Shown: positions 42,549 to 46,276 of the stretch, in pieces
How positions within the stretch are numbered: position 1 is the stretch's first letter
How the letters are laid out: the number at the start of each line of letters is the position of its first letter
IMG/VR virus record: IMGVR_UViG_3300017700_000470
Location: 1-46,276 of that record
Length of the DNA: 46,276 nucleotides
Strand: one strand, 5' to 3'
Origin: a virus
Taxonomy: Duplodnaviria > Caudoviricetes
Made by a program: the position numbers and the translations under genes
The notes under the pieces: generated by a model
Told to the model about the DNA's origin: nothing
What the model saw: the letters and a program-made list of their open reading frames with translations, nothing else
The model's database searches: none

Positions 42549-44054
42549 TTAGATGAGAACGTGAGAACCAACGACCTTGCGCACGGCGTCATCCTTGGAA
42601 TAGATGAGCGTATACACCGCTTCAAATTCCGTCGCGCCGGAGCCGTTGACTGTGGAGCGCATGGCGGCGTCTACCCAATAGCCAATCCCCTGCACTTGTC
42701 GCCACGCAAGTTCGCTTCCGGTCAGTTCGCCGATGTAGAGCTTTTGCGTGTTGTTCAGTTCCTTACCCACGCTGATAGTTCCATTGAACAGCGCGCGGGC
42801 AATCACGCTTTGCAACGTGGTCAGCAGTTGGCTGCGGCCCACGGCGTTGGCCGACAGGCGCGACAGGTTCAGCAGCAATTCCATAATGGCCGCGCCTGCC
42901 GCGTCTTTGAACCACATTTCATTAGCGTAGGTGTTCATGTCCACGGGGTTGACGGGCAGGCCGGTAAGCGTGCCGCGCTGGTAGAAGTCGATGTACTGAC
43001 CCGCCGTTTGCGTGCGCCCGTAGTAGTTCGTGCGCAGGGCATCAAGGCCGTTACTGTCCGTGTTCGTCGTCACCTTGGGGGTGAGGGCGAATTGCTGAAA
43101 CATGTAGTTTTGCGCGGCGTTGCGCTTGGTGTAGTCGGTGGCCGCAAGAATCATCATGGGGGCCATTTCGTCATACTCTGCCGCCAGCGTTGCCAGTGAA
43201 ATGGCAGTACCCGCAAGGGCCGCCTCCGCGCCGTAACTGGCCGTAGCTTCCGCGATGGTAGCCGCGCGGTTCATAAACATGAACTGCACATTTTTGCCCG
43301 CGTTCCATGTGGCCGCTTCCGTCTTTTGCGATTCGGTCAGGGACGGCAGGAACAGGAAAGTACCAAAGTTGTTGGAGGCATCCACGCTGGCCGTAAGCGT
43401 TTGTGAAATGGTTTCAACGTCGGAGCCCTCCGCAACGATCACGTTGCCGGTAGTCCAGCCAAGCAGCGGGGCAAGACTCACGCCTACAACGGAAGTGTTG
43501 ACCGTCATGGCCGCCGCGCCCGCCACGGTGCCCGCCAGATTGAAGCGGTTTGTGGTGGGGTCATATGTGACGGTAGCGGTGACGAATTGCGCGCCGCCTG
43601 CCGCACGAATGGCCGTCTGCAGCAACGCGGCGACAGCGGCAAAGTCTGCGGCACCCGATAGGTTGATGGTGCTGATTTGGTTAGTCACCGCGCCCATGGT
43701 CAGGTTCAGGGACCCGGTGGTAACCGCCGTATACGTTGCCAGCGTCTTGGGCGTGGTGTTGCCGTAGACCCGGGGAGTAACGGCGGTTTGCACCCAGCGC
43801 GCAAAAGAAATTTTCTTGGCCCGGGTAATGGACTTGGACACGCGGGAGAAATAAAACAAAGCGCGCTTGTACTCCTCCGACGTGGTGCCAAAGTAGATGC
43901 CCACATCGTCCGACGTGGTGAACTCCACCATGGAACGCGGGGGCAACATGACGTTAGCGGTAAACAAACGCCCGATGAGGTCCCGCAGACGGACGCCAGC
44001 GCCGCCGCCCACCCCGCTGGTAATGTCTACGTATTTGGTGAATGCAATCGACAT
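42549..44054 (-). CDS. Tail sheath protein (DUF3383-like)
   Basis: 501 aa; YVDITSGVG, YFG..SEEY and YSKDDAVRKV.G.H motifs. Confidence 0.9.
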   Translation of the reverse strand: MSIAFTKYVDITSGVGGGAGVRLRDLIGRLFTANVMLPPRSMVEFTTSDDVGIYFGTTSEEYKRALFYFSRVSKSITRAKKISFARWVQTAVTPRVYGNTTPKTLATYTAVTTGSLNLTMGAVTNQISTINLSGAADFAAVAALLQTAIRAAGGAQFVTATVTYDPTTNRFNLAGTVAGAAAMTVNTSVVGVSLAPLLGWTTGNVIVAEGSDVETISQTLTASVDASNNFGTFLFLPSLTESQKTEAATWNAGKNVQFMFMNRAATIAEATASYGAEAALAGTAISLATLAAEYDEMAPMMILAATDYTKRNAAQNYMFQQFALTPKVTTNTDSNGLDALRTNYYGRTQTAGQYIDFYQRGTLTGLPVNPVDMNTYANEMWFKDAAGAAIMELLLNLSRLSANAVGRSQLLTTLQSVIARALFNGTISVGKELNNTQKLYIGELTGSELAWRQVQGIGYWVDAAMRSTVNGSGATEFEAVYTLIYSKDDAVRKVVGSHVLI

Positions 44055-44068
44055 GGCTATAGCTCCTT

Positions 44069-44596
44069 TTAAACCCGGTGAAAACCTGACGTTATTATTT
44101 CAACCGCCGGGGCAATTGAAGCGTAAGCGTCCTTATGTGTCAACACAAAATCAAATGACGGTGAGGCCTCAAACTGCCCGAAGTCATCTGTAAAAAACGG
44201 GTTACGCAAGTCGGTAACCCGAAGTATTCCCACACGTTGCGCCCACAATTGGGCCTGCCCCGCGTCCCCCTGCATGATAGCAGCACACGTTTTAACGAGG
44301 TCCCCGGCGGTGTAGGTCGTCTCATCTTTAACGAGCGCCATCACCTGAAACGTCGTTTCCATTTGCTGCACTTCCGTGGCGTCCATGTTCGCCGGGAGGG
44401 TGGCCGGGGCGTACTCCCGCCGGGGGCTACCTACGCGCTTGTCTGTGAGCTTGTGAAAATAGACGCCCTGCGGATAGCTCGCCCCTTGCTGCAGCGGCTG
44501 GTAAGCACGCGCCACGCCCACGAGGGGCAACCCGCGCGCCGCGAGCCCGTCCTTAAGCACGGCGGTAACGAGTATCTGCAGTTGAACGTCGTTCAT
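44069..44596 (-). CDS. Tail terminator / neck protein
   Basis: ATGA-coupled start at 44596; FE..PSFDF.L.H motif; upstream of the sheath. Confidence 0.75.
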   Translation of the reverse strand: MNDVQLQILVTAVLKDGLAARGLPLVGVARAYQPLQQGASYPQGVYFHKLTDKRVGSPRREYAPATLPANMDATEVQQMETTFQVMALVKDETTYTAGDLVKTCAAIMQGDAGQAQLWAQRVGILRVTDLRNPFFTDDFGQFEASPSFDFVLTHKDAYASIAPAVEIITSGFHRV

Positions 44597-44967
44597 GGCA
44601 GGGGCGGCACGTACACCGCTATAACGCCGTTCCATCCGTCCTGTGCGTTCCAGTCGGTACGGTCTTCACACACGTAGTTCTTGCCGTTGTAGCTCAAGCG
44701 GTCCCCGGAGCCATCGCGGCCAACGGTTACCACGTCGGTGGAGGTATACAAAATCACGTACTCTTTATTGAAGTCGAGGCCCAGCGCGGTAAACATCCGC
44801 AGCGGCACGGGCTGCAAACTGCCCTTGATGTTTACCGGGTCCGCGTAGCTCGGGACGAACGTGCCGCGCGCATCTGCCGTGCGGGACAAGAATTTGAAAT
44901 GCTGCACGGTCTGAAACTTGATGACAGACGACGCGAGGCGCAACAAATTTATTCCGGGGATGCTCAT
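44593..44967 (-). CDS. Head closure protein
   Basis: IPG.NLL, GSLQPV and DW..QDGW motifs; synteny. Confidence 0.75.
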   Translation of the reverse strand: MSIPGINLLRLASSVIKFQTVQHFKFLSRTADARGTFVPSYADPVNIKGSLQPVPLRMFTALGLDFNKEYVILYTSTDVVTVGRDGSGDRLSYNGKNYVCEDRTDWNAQDGWNGVIAVYVPPLP

Positions 44968-45437
44968 TTTTTGGTTGTCTGGCTGGTGAGTGTGGCAAGC
45001 ATGTAGCCCGTGTCTACGAGCGGTTTTGTGGAGGCTTCACCGCTGGCGCTGCGCCGTTCGCGTGCCCGTATTGTCGCGCGTTTTAACGGAGGGGACAAGA
45101 CCTTACTTATCGTGGCCCGCAGGTCACCTTCCGTCTGTAGGCACACCGCCTCCATGAGCGCCCCGGGCGGTAGCTCGCCGGTTACCACCGCCTTGGCAGC
45201 GTCCTTGGCTATGCCTTTCCATGTTCCCTGTTTGTCACTCTGCGTCTGCCGCATGCCCAGCCGGGGCGGGGTGTGGACGTTACCAAATTCCTGCACGGCG
45301 GCCACGCCTGCAACCGGGGTGCCGTCCGGGTACTTGGCGGATTCAAACCAGCCTACCTTACCGGTAGCGCCGTTCAATCCCTTGATGGCAATACGGAGCG
45401 CGTCACGCCCGGAGCTATCGCGGCGGGTCTGTGCCAT
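44964..45437 (-). CDS. Neck / tail completion protein
   Basis: KVGWFE..KYPDG.PVA.VA..QEFG and KPLVDTG motifs. Confidence 0.8.
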   Translation of the reverse strand: MAQTRRDSSGRDALRIAIKGLNGATGKVGWFESAKYPDGTPVAGVAAVQEFGNVHTPPRLGMRQTQSDKQGTWKGIAKDAAKAVVTGELPPGALMEAVCLQTEGDLRATISKVLSPPLKRATIRARERRSASGEASTKPLVDTGYMLATLTSQTTKK

Positions 45438-45886
45438 TAGAAAAACACCCCACCGACACGGCGGAACGCGGACACCTCCGGCAACCCGCCTATCATCATG
45501 CCCCCTACGGACTGCATGGACAGGTAGGCCCGCAGGTCGCGCCCGTATGGTGTGGCCTGTAGCCAGAATGACCAATTGTCCCCGACGGGTGGCGGCTGCA
45601 TGGATACCGTCACCTTGTCGATGGTGGCGCTGTTGACGATGCCCGGCACGCCGGTGCCGTCATCCTCCTCGATGATTTGAGACAGCCGCATAAGGTGGGC
45701 CATCATCAGGTAGATAGCGCGCGCCCGAAACCGGCCTTGCATGGTGCCGCAGTCGATATCTGATATGTAGAGCGTGGACGTGTCAAACCACACTTGCAAC
45801 GCAAGGTCGGTATACGGCGGGTTTGGGAACGCAGGGAACTGCACGCGGAATACCGCCGGGTCTAAAACAATAATTCCGTCAGCCAT
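45437..45886 (-). CDS. Head-tail adaptor (DUF4054-like)
   Basis: FR.QFPAF, LM.AHL and T.YG motifs. Confidence 0.85.
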   Translation of the reverse strand: MADGIIVLDPAVFRVQFPAFPNPPYTDLALQVWFDTSTLYISDIDCGTMQGRFRARAIYLMMAHLMRLSQIIEEDDGTGVPGIVNSATIDKVTVSMQPPPVGDNWSFWLQATPYGRDLRAYLSMQSVGGMMIGGLPEVSAFRRVGGVFF

Positions 45887-45902
45887 GGGCACACCTCAAA
45901 TT

Positions 45903-45936
45903 AAAAAAAACCCGGCAAGCATGACGCCGCCGGGTT
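45903..45936 (-). terminator. Rho-independent terminator after the capsid genes
   Basis: On the minus strand: AAACCCGGC...GCCGGG followed by T8. Confidence 0.8.
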
Positions 45937-45962
45937 TGGGTTTTCAATACCGCAAGCCTGCG

Positions 45963-46276
45963 TTACTTGGCGGTCTTGCTGGTCTTGGCCGGTGCTGGTG
46001 GGGGCGCGTCGGTGCCGTCGTCCGCCGTGTTCACCGTGGGAGCCTTGGCCCCTTGTGCCTCGTAGTCCACCGCCGTCAACGGGGCCGACGGGTCACGCAA
46101 GGAACCCTGCAGGATGGCCGCCTGTTCGCCGCTCAGCTTGGCCTCATCAATCCGCACATAGCCATTTTTCTCGTGCAGTTGAAATACCGGGTCCTGCTTG
46201 ATAAGTTCGGCGTTTTCGGCGGAGATGGCGGTAATCACCGCGCCGTCTGGCGTGATGAAGTTTTTATCTGCCACGC
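45963..46276 (-). CDS. 3' part of the junction-spanning head-associated protein
   Basis: In frame with ATG at 250 through the terminal overlap. Confidence 0.85.
   Translation of the reverse strand, partial: VADKNFITPDGAVITAISAENAELIKQDPVFQLHEKNGYVRIDEAKLSGEQAAILQGSLRDPSAPLTAVDYEAQGAKAPTVNTADDGTDAPPPAPAKTSKTAK
46154..46276. repeat. 123-bp terminal direct repeat, copy 2
   Basis: Identical to 1-123; unique genome length is 46153 bp. Confidence 0.97.

Overview
This window is a complete, circularly permuted ~46.15 kb genome of a tailed dsDNA myovirus. Bases 1-123 repeat at 46154-46276 as an assembly overlap. It is GC-rich, and its gene order resembles Burkholderia phage Bcep781 / Xanthomonas OP2-like phages, so the host is probably a beta- or gammaproteobacterium (inference). 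The minus strand carries terS-terL-portal-gpF-protease-decoration-MCP (8366 to 275). Across the junction it continues through head completion, sheath/tube, frameshifted chaperones, tape measure, baseplate, tail fibre and a lysis cassette with embedded Rz1 (46276 to 31490). The centre holds early small-gene clusters and replication genes: primase-helicase, TetR-like regulator, DUF1643, a PP-loop/PAPS-reductase-like protein, VRR-NUC, SF2 helicase, Cas4-like DUF2800, DUF2815 SSB and PolA. I saw no integrase, tRNA or CRISPR array. Most notable observations: (1) a ParB/Srx-like domain fused to the portal C-terminus behind a recurring x-M-D motif, a candidate protease-released capsid cargo; (2) a signal-peptide-bearing, 10-Cys beta-helix-like protein between the tail fibre and the holins; (3) a signal-peptide-like leader on the capsid decoration protein; (4) two families of repeated promoter/operator boxes; (5) a strong-SD ATG-TAG minigene in a structured non-coding segment; (6) marked GATC/GTCGAC avoidance. 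All product calls come from motif recognition and synteny; no database searches were run.
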